Positions 25,130-38,354 of a DNA stretch of 64,000 nt are shown piece after piece. Where the stretch lies: assembly GCA_965645245.1 (NCBI GenBank), contig OZ287085.1:1-64000 (forward strand). The letters run 5' to 3'. Made by a program: the position numbers and the translations under genes. Within the stretch, counting starts at the first letter, position 1. Each line of letters opens with the position of its first letter. The notes beneath the pieces are model-generated. The model worked only from the letters and a program-made list of their open reading frames with translations. It was not told where the DNA came from and ran no database searches. The stretch is from Massalongia carnosa. Taxonomy: Eukaryota.

Positions 25130-26990
25130 ATGCCTCCAAATAGACGGAGTAAAAAGGGACCAGTTAACCAAGTTTTGCCGCCGGCGCCGACTCGGGGGGG
25201 TCGTCGCCGCCAAGTTCCTGCTCGCCTACGAAGCTCGCCTACCCCTCTTGGTCCTAACCCTCAAACCCCGCTCCAGGGTGCACGCCGTCCCCATGAGAGC
25301 CCTCCTCCTAATCCTCCTACCCCTCCTTCTTCTCCTCCTGTTGGCGCCCGTCTTCTAGCCCCTCCATTGTTTCCTCCCTTAGATGCTCGACCTCGACCCC
25401 CCCCGGTTCCACGCCGCCCGAGTGCGCGTGACGACCATATACCGGTATTCACCATGAAAACGCCCAAGATTCCCGGCAATACTCGCGAGGGGAAGGCGGA
25501 GCGTGTGTTTTGGCGTGTACATTTGGAGAGAAGCAAGGAGGTCGCCGCGCGAGCAAGAGCGAGACGAGATAGGGAGGATGAGGAATGGGAAGCGGAGGTC
25601 AATCAATTCGGGGAGCCGGAAGCCCGACGACGACGACTGGAAGAAATAGAGGTTAATAAAGAATTAGACAAATTGACTACATCGGACATTGAGGAAGATG
25701 AGGCCGAAGATCTAGTATCAGATCCTATGTTGACCGTTCATGCTAGACTTCGTGTCAATGGTAGAATTATATGGACCTCATCGCTAGGTTCTAAAAAACG
25801 AAGCGTTTTCAGAATATGGGATTTCGAACAGACATTGGAGACTGAGATTGAGAAAAGGAACGGGCATTCTAATGGATGGACGACGACCTCCATCGTCGTC
25901 ATTATTAAGGCCATTTATAATCGGGCCAGGAATGTCTATCAAACCATTGATAATTATACTAAGACTGAATTGGATAAGGTTCTAATTGTCATTGATGATG
26001 AATCTCGTAAATGGAAGCCAGATATCACTATTAAGATCGAAATTCGATGGAAGAACCGAAGAAATCAAATCCCCCTGACATATTACTAGATGCAACTAAA
26101 TCGCCTACTATTATTACTACACCTACCGGCCGAAGGACTAGAACTCATCAATTATTAGAACGTCAACGAGATCAAGGTGAGATCCTTATTAATGCGGGTG
26201 ATTTTGATAGACAATTGGTGAGTCGATGGGTTTGTCACAAGCTCGATGTACGAATCAAAATAACTTCTGTTTCGTTGATGAAGATGGGCTTCATTATGAT
26301 CTTTCTCATACATTGCAAAGAGATTGGGCTCAGGCTCTCGCTCGAGGCGACATCAGTGCTTCCCTAGATAATCTACCACCAACATTGTATAGGTTCATAC
26401 TACGACAGGGGCCGGCGGGTCTCAACTCTATGAAGACGAGAATACAGGAAGGACGGGAGGATTCCAGAAAAGATCGCGATGAGACGAAAAGCTTCAAGGG
26501 TGAAATGATGCAATTCACAAAGCAATCGATAGAAATGCGTATGCAGGAATCGATGATGGACCAAATAGAAAGAATGGGTGAAAGAATGGTAATATTCGTT
26601 GCCCCCCTCCCCCTCCTGTTTATTCTCAACCATCATCTTCTTCGGTCCCCGAACCCATCATCCCCCCACCCCCTGCGGCACCAAGGCATCGCTCGAAACC
26701 GTTGACTAGGTCAAGCGCCATATGCAACCCCGAGGATGAGGAGTTTGCTATGGAGGATTTCCTCAATTGGAAAGGGGAGGCATTGCAGAGTTAAAGAGCC
26801 AAGGATAGATGGAATGGGGTTAAGGAGATGGTTCAAATCGAGATGTGGTTTGTGGAGGATTTGAGAGATATGTCAGAAACGAGCTAATATATACAAACGG
26901 GCTATTCAACTGGGCATACCTGATGGAGGGGCACGAGAATTCAGAACTGATCTCCGTACATTTAAACCGCAATGGCGACATGGAGTTGAT
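25130..26990 (+). pseudogene. Uncharacterised accessory/cargo gene within the Tc1/mariner element (frameshifted)
   Basis: ATG just inside the left TIR. Overlapping ORFs 25130-26089, 26047-26367 and 26226-26705 join by frameshifts. Pro-rich N-terminus, charged helix and a C/H cluster (WVCHK.RCTNQNNFCF...H). The end is approximate. Confidence 0.55.
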
Positions 26991-27451
26991 GAGGGGGAGT
27001 GCCAGAGGAAGAGGTCGGAATAATTGGCTATATAGGTAGGGTTGGAAGTGTTGGAAGGATTATGCGTTTATGGATATTCGGGGTTAATCGATATATTTTT
27101 TCATGCTTATAATATGATAGAAAAATTTTCATACATCAACACTCGTAATTCTAACAGCCGAATGGCATCACACTATGCAAAAACACCTGTTTTTGGTGAG
27201 GTTTTACTAATTAGTTTACATGCAAATGAAGTCTTTTTTCTCCGATTCTGTAAACATGTAATCAATATTTATAAAAATTATAAATGATCAATAGATCTTC
27301 TCAATATGCTCAGTTCGATTGTGTCATGGAGTAGATTCAGGAGTGATTAATTTAATCAAAGATTTCCGGATTCAGGGGTATTAGCCTAGATATAGGTCAG
27401 ATGTAAAATCTAACCCAAAAGCTGGTCCAGATCTGGTCCAGATTGAATAAT

Positions 27452-28494
27452 TCAATCAAAATCTATTTGCACCGCACCCCCATATAGCTCCCTTTCTAAT
27501 TCAATAATGTCGGCCTCGAATATATACCCCCCACCCCTACCACTATAACGAGATTGCTCTTTAGCAAAACGGTCACAATGGCTCCTGTCGATGGCATATC
27601 GAATTAAATCGCCGAAGGTGCCCTCAAATTCAGAGCGAATTGAGGTATAATGGGTTCTAAACCAAGTCTTTAATACACTAAAACTCCACTCGATTGGATT
27701 GAAATCCGGTGAATAGGGGGGCAGATATCGTACTTCGCAACCGTGTCCACGAATAGCCTCCTCAGTGCGTGGGTTGCAATGGATAGCGGCATTATCCATG
27801 ACTATAACGCTTCGGGGCCTGGATAAGGGGTGCAATATGGAAGTAATTCGTCGGTTAGTCATTGGAAGAAACTATCTGCATTAAACTATCCCTCCCGAAT
27901 GCTCGTACATGGCAGATAGCTATCAACAGTATATGCAGGAAGAACGGTCCAATTATGACCCTTCATAATGTCACCCTTGTATCGAGCCGGTTGGCCAATT
28001 GGTGCGTATGCCCTCATCCTCCATCCGGTCATCTCATTGAATACTGTTTCATCAACGAAAACCAACTACTCTGCAGTCACACTAAGCATGCTAGCATGCC
28101 TATTTTCCCTCATATCGTCGTTCCTACGCCCATGACTTTGACTATTTTTTTGACTCCATCGCCGTTTCTTTATTTCCCTAGAAACGGTTGATTGATGCAC
28201 GAATATACCCCACTCCTCCCAAAGAAACCAGACCATCTCCTTTTGTTGGGCCCATGGCTGACGATTTAAATATTCGATCAAGGAGTCGCCGGCGGCTTTA
28301 GTAATTTTGTATGCGCGACTTAGATGAAGTCTTCGTGGAGCGGATATGCTACCATACATGAATAAATTCTCATGGAAATTATAGATAGTTCGGACACTGC
28401 ATTGAACCTCTTTGGCAATGGCATCCGGTCGCAAATGAAGGAATAAATATCGAATGATTCGCGATCACATGGATGGAGGAAGGGATTCGACCAT
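27452..28494 (-). pseudogene. DD34E transposase, with stops and frameshifts
   Basis: HTH region (CSVRTIY; VHQSTVSR), FVDET, VIVMDNAAIH, YLPPYSPDFNPIE. Confidence 0.88.
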
Positions 28495-28751
28495 ATTGAC
28501 GATTAATATATATATTTGTCTACATAATTATAAAAATATGTTAAGATTTTGGTGTAGGGAATATCTAAGAAAATTAAGATTTTGGAGTTCGAATTGTGGG
28601 GTCATGTTGGTAGTATGTGTTTTCATAAGCGAAATTGCAAATCATTTGGCATACGCTAATTGATTAAAGATTCATAATTTCAAAATTATCTAATCTCGTT
28701 ATTCAATGAGTAACATTACAGTTAAACTGATAATTTGGTATCAATTTCTAT

Positions 28752-31700
28752 ATGAGAAGGTTCTATGTCACGTGAGGCCCCTGAGTCAAAGTAAATTAAG
28801 AATCACCCTCTGAAAATTCTTTCCTCCTTCACTTCTTCTCACTCGGCCTTATCCATCTCACTGACTCGTCGTCGACCCCACGTTGTCTCGGTGCCCCTAC
28901 CTCGCTGTCAGTGCTTGCTGCTTTTCCAATCTCACTGTCTCGTCGTCGACCTCACGTTGTCTCGGTGCCCCTACCTCCCAATGACGAACACCCGTTCCCA
29001 AAGCACCTTGATGGACGACATAGTCCCCGACCCCCAGGAGATTGTCGGATTGACGCAGGCCCAATCCAATCAAATCTTCGCCCTACAAAAGAAGAAAGCC
29101 GAGGCGGAAGCGAAGGCGGCCGAGGCTGAGGCTAGAATTGCCGAGTCCAAGGCATTGGTCGCCGAGAAGGAGGTGGAAAAAATGCAGCTAGAAATCAACT
29201 GCATGCGCCGAGAATCTGACGCCCGAATAGCGGCCGTCATTCCTGCTGGCAAGCCGAGTCGTGTCGTCGGCGATGACGACGAGGACCTAGGTGAGATCCC
29301 TCTCGAAGTAAGAAGCATAGCACCCCGTTTCGCGGGCCTACCACAGGACGAGATCATCAAGATCTTTTCAAATAAATTCAAAGCCATCAACCTCTCCCGC
29401 CTCCGACACATGCACGGCATGCAATACGAGTCATACAAGGATCAAGACCGCATCGGCATCGAAGACGGCGCCTTGAGGTTGAGAAAGGCATCTGGGACCT
29501 ACAAAGATTTCGGAAAGACAGTTCATGACGTCTGGACCGAGAGCTTCATCAACTACACCTCGATCATGGTCAGTATTTTCGGGAAATCGAGTCAACAGCT
29601 TCACGCCACCATGTCGGCATTCCACGGAAAAATCCTCACGCTGGCCAAGGTGTACGAGTGGCAGGAAGCAGTCCTCCCCCTCGCCATCGAAACCCACACC
29701 CACATCATCGCGTCTCAGCCATCCGACGCATCCCAATAGAAAATGCCCGACGAATTCTATCAAGCTGTATGGGCTAATATGGAATATGTGTGAAAAGGAG
29801 TGGTGTGTATTGATCTATGGGAGGTCTAGGCTAGCTAACTGAGGGATATCTCATAGGGGTTCGTGGGTCATGTGACCCATGGCGGGTCATGTGACCCCTA
29901 ATCGCCTGACACACCCCCCCAGCTTTGACCAAAGCTGCCATGACCGAAAAACCTATATTAGGTGAAAATTTCCATGTTTTACCTTGATTTCTAGTGATTT
30001 TGGCCGATTCAATTTGTGGCCGTATTTCCCTTCTTCTTATTGGCCAATTTCTTCTGATTGTTGACCAGGTCCATGGCATTGACTAGCCCTAATAGCTTGA
30101 CGAAATGTTGATGCTTTTGAGGAGGTAGGATCTTGGTTAAACTATCTGCGACCATCTGATTAGTCGGCACATAGTCAACACATAATTCCCCCCTTTGCAC
30201 AGATTGCCTAAGCCAGCATTGGGCGACGTCTATATGCCTCAATTTAGTGTCAGTTTTTCCCATTTCGGAGGTTAAAATGCGAATTGTCTGTAGGTTATCG
30301 TTATAGATAACTATATCTTGATCCGGGTTAAATTGTAGCTTTTCAAATAGATGTATCCACCATATGAGCTCTTTACCCGCATGAAGCATAGAAAATAACT
30401 CGGCCTCAGTGGTTGACGTGGTCACGGTCAGTTGCTTCCTAGCGGCCCGGTCAATCATACCACCAAATAGCTTAAATGTATAGCCCTCGGAGCTTTTCCT
30501 ATCTGGGTTATTTGCATAGGATGCATCAGCCGTTGCCTCAAAAACCTGCTTATTAGCCGGAACCGGTCCATGATTTGCCATAGTAGTGATTTCACCGCCC
30601 CCTTTGGCCGAGTACTAGATTCCCAGATATTTCGTCCCATATAGATAACGTAGGCAATGGTCTGCAGCCCTCATATGAATAGGTCTCGGGTTGGTCAGAT
30701 ATTCAGCTAATTTTGAAGCTGATTTTGCTATATCTGGCCGAGTCATAATAGCTGGGTAGCATATTGATCCAATTTTCTTCCTATATAGATGCATTCTGGC
30801 CGGATCCTCCTCCCCCTCATATGGCGCCAGTTCTTCATTGAATATGGGCATTAGAGGTGTTTTAGCCTCCGACTTTTCATCTATGTCATACTCCTTGGCT
30901 AATTTGTTCATATAGGAGTCCTGAATCAAGTGGATCGTCTTTTCTTCTATGTTATGAATGACCCGTACGCCTAGAAAATAGGTTAATGGACCCATATCCC
31001 GTATTTCGATCATCTTCATGAAACGTTGCATATATTCCTCGACTTCGGCTTCTTTTTCGGGCCGATACGCCATTACTATGTCGTCCACATAGAAGAATAG
31101 TATGATTCCCTCCGTATAGAATAGGCATGGTTCGCCTGGCACCTGTTTTAAACCTAGTTCTATGCATTTGCCTATTAGCATTCGTAGCCATAGAAGGGGT
31201 GATTTTCTTTGACCATATAGCGCTTTTTTCACTTTTAGCACATTCTTTCTAAGCTTAAAACCATCAGGGAAAAAGCAGTAAATAGGCTCGTCATTGTGAG
31301 CGTTTAGAAAGGCGTTAATAGCGTCCAACTGCCTCGTTTTCAGCCCGAATGCAGCAACTAATGCCATTAATGCCCTAAACACCTTGAAGGCTAATGTAGC
31401 TGCATAAACATCTTGAGCATTATCTTGCTGTAGGTCACCTCTAACCACTAGACGTGCTTTGAATTTTGCCAAATAGCCGTCCGAATCAGTCTTATAGGTG
31501 AAAACCCATTTGAGGGGCAATATTGGCTGTATAGCCTCATCTTGATCAACTATTTCCCATGTTTCTTTGTGGAAAAGTGCCTCCCATTTAACGTTAGCTG
31601 CTTTCATGAACTCATCTGCATAGGGATGTCTTAGCAGAGCTCGCCAATGAGATGGGGGGTCGGGCAAATCATCAGTTCGGAGCTGATTAGTCATTCTCGC

Positions 31701-34700
31701 CGTCCCCGCCATAAACGCTGTATGAAATTGAGGGAATTTCGACATTTCTTCTGCTGACCAAGCTCCATTTGCAGCGTATCTAGGGTTTGGTTTCCTAGTA
31801 CGTTTTCCCTCTATAACGATTGCCTCATTTATCCCATCGCTCCTTTTTCCTGATGATTGCTCTATTTCGGTCACATTGAGGGGCGTTCGGCCCGTTTGCG
31901 GGAGTTGTGGAGGGTCAATTGTTGATTCCCTCACCTTTTTGGCCCTTCTTTTATCTATAGAGACATTAGGGCTGATATCTGGTTCAGGTGTTTCTATTGG
32001 CGTTTCCAGTTGCATGGGCGTTGATGAGCGAGTTATTTTCTCCTGTATTTCGTCCTGACTAGGTGAGTTATCTTCTATGGTCAATTGCTCTATACGCTTA
32101 TTGACTGATAAGTCTAGCCATTCTTCTTCCTCACTATCTATCTCCTGAAATGCGGGGCGTGGTTCAACTACATGAAACTCTATAAAGCTCGCTTTTTCAG
32201 TCTCCTTTAGCAATAGCTCCTTATTCGACGTATAGGCGCTATAAAGCTCATCTTCGTTGAATATGACGTCTCTATAACCGCTGACATTTCCCTTTTCTGG
32301 ATTCCATATCCTGAAGATATTGGTTGAATCATAGCCAACTAAATAGCCAACAAATGCCCTAGGTTTCAACTTATTGCTTTTGGGAGGAGCATCGGCCCCT
32401 TTTAGCAATGGATACGCCTTGCAACTAAACACTTTTAGATGAGCCAGCTCGTATCTGACTGATTGACCCTGATTGGTCAGTTTCTGCAATTTGACCAATG
32501 GGGAGTCCCATTCCAGAGCTTTATTAGGGGTTCGATTCATCAGATGGGCTGCAGCTAAATAGCACTCCGGATACAGGTCTTCTGGCATTTTTGCATATTC
32601 CCTGATGCATCGTGCTTTTTCAGTTAATAGGGCTCCGAAACGCTCCGAAACGCCATTTTGCTCAGGGGTATTCCTTGCTTACCATGACCATTCTATGCCT
32701 TGCTGACTGATCCATGCTTCTAGGGCTTTTCCTATTGATGTTTCTTGCCCCGTGCGAATCGTGGTTACCATTGAATTAATGGAAATGCCAGCTCTATCGC
32801 ATTGATTGATCAAGCTTTCGAAGATGGGCAATAGGGTCTTTTCCTTATGATCATTCAATGGATAAACCCATACATATGAGGTAAATTCGTCCGTAAAATG
32901 AGCTATGCAGCTCGTTCCATCGAAACCCTTATCATTGATGGTTAGGTCAAAATGAAGCACCTGATATGGCTTGATGGCACGCCCTGACGGAGCTTTATTG
33001 ATGACTCTATGCATTTTGGAGACTGCACACGTTTCGGATTGAATGGTCCTAGGTGCGTTTTAACCCCCTACGCCTTTTGAAACTGTCACCTCATCGATCT
33101 TCTCTAGCTGGTCAATCACCTCTGGCCGGCAATGACCGAGGCGAAGATGCCATTTCCATGGAGTTGCTTTTTACGTATCGCGTGGCTGCACTGAGTTAGC
33201 AAACCCTATATCTATGGATTCAGGGTTATATTCTATGATTGAGAGCCCATAGTGCTCCTTTATTTCACATATTTGTTGCCCTGTCTCCTTAACTATAAGG
33301 GTATCAGTGAACATATCCCAGAAAAAGCCTCGTTTTTTCAACTTATTGGCCGAAACCAACGTCACTGATGAATCAGGAATATAAGCTGTTCCTTCGAATA
33401 ATAGCTTCCTTTTCTGGCCATTCAATAGGCCATTTACCCTCATTGTGCCATGACCATGGATTTTCATCTCCCCGTCGGGGGTGTCTACACACATGTCTGA
33501 CGAAGTTGGGGTTATCTCTCCTATAAACCGTGATTTATCATAGGTCAGAGGGTTATCGCATCCAAAGTCAGAGATGACGCTTTTATGCAAGGGGTTATTT
33601 GCCCTAGATGTAACGTTCGCAAACGAGAAGGATTGACTAGGCAATTCAATGTGATTGCCCTGATTATGTTGATCATTCTCTGCTTTTTGGTAGCTCTTTT
33701 TGACTGACTCCTCAGTTATTCTATCTAGTATGTTAGTGTCGTTGACCTTCTTAATGGCAATGAAAAACCGAATGTTTGACTGAATTTTCTGACGTATTTC
33801 ATTGCGTACGGTTTTATCTTCCTTCCATGCAAGGGGGCGAGCTGATTTGACGATATATGGGCATAGCCTGAACAGATGTATTTTCCCACATACGCACTTT
33901 CTATCCTTGAATCTGGCCTCTTTTGATTGGCCATTCCATTGACTTGATTGGCTAGGCCCCGGACCTTTATTTTCGTCTTGCATTTGCCCCTGCAGCGAGG
34001 CTGCATTAGCTTGATTTCTAGACGTTGATTGTGCCTCATTCACGAATGATTCTACGGCTAAACGATATTCCCTGGTTGTGTCGTAAAATTCAACCGTCGT
34101 CTTAGCAGCCCTATGCTGCATTACCCAGTTTTCCAGAAATTGGGTGCCCATTTCTTCCCTGATTGGAGAAATTCATTGATGAATATGGTCTCGGAGCCAA
34201 ATAGGCCCGTTACATTGAGCTCAACAATTTGTCCCTTAATATTCTCCCAATCAGCTACCCATGCCTCTATTTTACCTTTAATGGGCGGGGTTTTTAGGGC
34301 TAGAAATTGCTCATGCAATTTCTCTATGACTTGGTCATCTGACCGCTTATATCTTGCAGCCAGAATTTTCATTATTTCCCTAACCGATGAAGCCATCTTA
34401 TTGGGGGGGATGTATGCTCGTGCGGAGCTCTTTAGTGCATTGTCCACTATTCTGAGTCCTTGGGCGACCTTCTCCACCTGTTTTTCCTTCATCTTATAGG
34501 CTGATATCTCCATTTTATAGTCCTCCTTTTGCTCAGCCGATAAATCGCCGTATTTCTCAGCCGATTTGGTGGCTATTACAACACCACCTTCTATAATGAG
34601 GTAAGCAATTCCACCTGCTGGCTGTGCTTGAATAGAGACTTGATATTGTGAAACTTCCGGATATTCTCCCTCTTCGGGCTCCGGTTTTGAACCATTGGGG

Positions 34701-37700
34701 TCCACATATTGCCATACCTTCGCTTTCTCGGATATTCCTTGTAATTCCCTAATCCATAGATGATAATTCTTGGGAGTTAGGGCGATCATCGTTGCTTTGT
34801 TGGTCTCCTCAATTTTGATCGTTTTGTTGGATCGTTTTGGGAAGAGGGTTTTATTCAATTAGATCAATGAGTAGGAATTGAAGCTTCTATGCTCTCCGGG
34901 CTCATAACTATCGAGCTGTATGGGCTAATATGGAATATGGGTGAAAAGGAGTGGTGTGTATTGATCTATGGGAGGTCTAGGCTAGCTAACTGAGGGATAT
35001 CTCATAGGGGTTCGTGGGTCATGTGACCCATGGCGGGTCATGTGACCCCTAATCGCCTGACAAATTCCAAGCTCGATTCTGCACCCCCCTCACAGTCCTA
35101 CGCCGTCGCCGCTCACGATCCCCGCCGTCCCGACGACCGACCCCGAGAGGAGACAGGGCCGAGAGGGTCGAGAAGGCAGCGGGGGAAATCTGCGACAAGT
35201 ACAACAGCGGCACCTGCACCTGGCCGTCGTGCTACCGACAGCACAAATGCAAATCGTGCGGCGCGGCTGGGCATGGCCAGAAGACATGCCCAACGAAGAA
35301 ATAGGGGGTTGGTGCAGGAGGCAGTAGAATAGCTTCAATAGCTGAATTCATGACGTCCCATCCCTGCTTACCTGCACCAATCAGACCAAATACAATCCCT
35401 TCGTTTCAACTCGTAGACGCATCTCGTCAGCGTTTGAAAGACAGCCCATCTCCCCTCGTACCGTCCGCATGGGCAACCCTACTTCAAGAGTATCCGGGCC
35501 CCCTCCGAGTCCATCTGCCCATGATCCTTCGTTTCGGAGTACAACTCGGATACGAAGGCCCCACAGACATCCTTCGGATCGAAAAAAATCTGACATCAGC
35601 GAATGAGGACCCGGAAACGATCGAGAATAAGCTTCAAGAGGACCTCAGGAAGGGCCGAGTCAGACGAATAGCCGCCCCGAGTCAGCCATTTGTGGCCTCC
35701 CCCCTCGGCTTGGTCCCGAAACATGACGGAGGATAGCGACGCATTCATCATCTGTCTCATCCCAATCAAACATCAGTCAACGACAACATTCCAGAAGAGG
35801 CATCCAAATTACAATACGCCAGACTCGACGACATTATTCAATTGATTCTGTCAGAGGGCAAAGGTGCTGTCATAGTGAAAAGAGACGTCAAAGACGCCTT
35901 TCGAAACGTTCCCGTTGCACCTCATCATCAATGGCTTCTGGCTTTCGGATGGAATGACGAATTCTACACCGAGACATGCCTTTCGTTCGGACTGTCGACG
36001 GCCCCGTTCATCTTCAATCTTTTTGCGGAAGGCTTTCATTGGATTTTGGAATCCTTTCTACAATGGAGATTACATCACTATCTAGACGACTTCGTTGCAA
36101 TTTTCCCATCCGAGACATCGTCAGAACGATTGCACCAAGAAACAAAAGCCTACAACATTCTTACCGACATTCTCGGCATCCCGAGAAACGACTCAAAAGA
36201 CGCCGAGGGAACGACAGCGACTGTCTTCGGACTCGAGGTCGACACCATCAACAGTCTTATCGGTCTGCCAGCGGACAAGCTGGAAAAGCGAGAATCATCA
36301 CTACAAAGGCACTAAACGAGACGACAATCAGCCTCGGCGACATGCAGTCAATAGTGGGCTTCCTAAGCTTCTGCGCACAGGCAGTCAAATTGGGCCGAGT
36401 CTTCTTACGATTATTCTGGAATTTTATAGCCTCATTTCCCTCGGGCAGTCATCGTCGGGTCAAAAGAAGAATCCCCACATGGGTCAGACAGGATCTCATC
36501 TGGTGGAACAAACTTTTAGTGGACTTCAACGGTATTGTCTTCTTCGAGACGTCAACACGAGACACGATCAAGGTGCATACGGATGCATGTCTCACGGGTC
36601 TCGGAGGCTATTTTCAACAAGACAACGAGCTCGTGAATCAAAAAAACGCATGTAGGGCCCGAGTCCTAGTCCTCAATCAGGAAGAATCACCGAGCATAAA
36701 CGTCCGAGAATTCGAGGCTATCCTTCTAATCCTTCAGAAATGGGCGCCGACATGGCGACATCGACAGATCCTTGTCTTTACCGACAGCAACACAGCATAC
36801 ACAGGATTCACGAATCTAACCCTCAAGGGACCGGCCAACGCGCCTCTACGAGAAATACTGTCCATAGCTGCAAAGTGGGACATCGTACTACGTTGTCAAT
36901 AGATCAGTGGCACTTCCAATGGACTAGCAGATGCCCTGTCACGTTTTGATGATGAAAGATTGGCTAACTTTTGCCCTCATTGGCAGAACCCATACAATTC
37001 GATGAACCTCCCTCCACCTACCTATCCTCCACACCAGGGTCAGCCCTGGTAAAACGCCTCGTCTGGCACGGACACTCGGCGGACACGAGAAAAGGGTACG
37101 GGACGGCGATCGACTCATACGAGGCATTCTGCGCGACGACGGGACGCACGTCGTGGCCTGCAACAACCAAGTCCCTCGAGGAATGGCTAGCCGGTCGACT
37201 ATACGGGGGTGGCACACCCAAGCAGGGAAAGCTAAAACCAGAGACGGCAGCGAGCTACCTCGCCGGCCTCAGATCATACCATGTAGACCGAGAATACGGC
37301 CTCACCCCATTCGAGGGGCCGAGACTTCAATTGATACTGAAAGGGGGAAAAAGGATCTTTTCTCAGACAAAAAGAAGACGCCTACCCATTTCAAAAGAAT
37401 TACTGACAAAAATCACCAGTATTCCCGCTCATTCGGCCGAAGACCTCAACATCGACGCGACATTCAAAGTTGCATGGGCAGGGTTCCTCAGACTCGGGGA
37501 AATCACCTACACTGTCGCCGATCGTAAGAAGACATCTTTTCAGAGATTGAAACCTACACGAGGTGACATCTCATTCGCCGAGAACGATCAATACGCGACA
37601 TTACGTCTCAAAAGAAGCAAAACAGACACAAATCACTCAGGAGTTCAGATAGTGCTGGCAGCGACCAATGAGAGCACTTGCCCCGTGACAGCACTACGGC

Positions 37701-38354
37701 GTCTTTTCAGAAATGATCCTCAGCCATCTACATCCCCGCTTTTTCGTCTCGGCACCGCATTCACCAGAGCCTCCGTCATAGCATCCCTGAAAAAGAGACT
37801 GATAGCCGCCGGCATCAACGACTCGGCATACTCGGGACACAGCTTCAGAAAAGGAGCAGCACAACACGCCGCCGACCACGGGATGCTGAATGAGAGTATT
37901 CAGAGACTCGGAAGATGGTCATCAAACGCGTTTTAGCTATACTTTTAGACGTCCTAGGCCTCACTATTCAATTTGAACCTCAGTTTTCAAAAAGGCATCC
38001 CTCTGGCAGTCCCACGTGCTGTCGTCGCCGAGACGAATCCTACAAACTCCTACCCCTACTCAATTGGGCATTCCATCGGGCGTAAAGGTCAACCAGGGCA
38101 TCGATCCGGAGCGCCGCCGGGCACCTCCATCTAGATCATCGCCGTCGGGCACTGCCGTCGGGCATCATCTATCGGATCGTTGAGCGTCAGCAGACGCCTC
38201 GGGCCTAGAAGATGAGGTTCTCACCTCAGCACCGACCCCGAGTCACGAGCCTAGGCCTGCCCGGGCTGACCTGTGTCGTTCCCATGCCCAATCAAATTCA
38301 AGCATTCAAATCAATTCATCCAATTAAAAGCCCCCCCTAGCGCAAGCGAAGGTA
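28752..38354 (+). mobile_element. Tyrosine-recombinase retrotransposon (DIRS/Ngaro-type), copy A, interrupted by a Copia element
   Basis: gag with C-terminal Cys/His finger (28981-29739, continued at 35068-35304); RT (KRDVKDAF, LSFGL, YLDD); RNase H (TDAC, TDS); YR 36971-37950 (RLGE, KRSKTD, GHSFRKG, LGRWSS). No TSD found. Confidence 0.9.
29758..35062 (-). mobile_element. Ty1/Copia LTR retrotransposon 1, full length, decayed ORF
   Basis: 154-bp LTRs at 29758-29911 and 34909-35062 (2 differences seen); TSD AATTC; PBS GTTATGAGCCC; PPT GGGGGGGTG; order gag-PR-IN-RT(YVDD)-RH with stops and frameshifts. Confidence 0.95.

Larger units (their letters stand above)
24975..28656 (-). mobile_element. 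Tc1/mariner (IS630-like DD34E) DNA transposon with ~140-bp TIRs and a second, convergent gene
   Basis: 24975-~25114 is the reverse complement of ~28517-28656 (imperfect); TA flanks on both sides. Confidence 0.88.

Noticed and set aside
36971..37950. Phage integrase or Starship captain
   Set aside because: It is a short YR directly downstream of gag/RT/RNase H, so it belongs to a YR retrotransposon.
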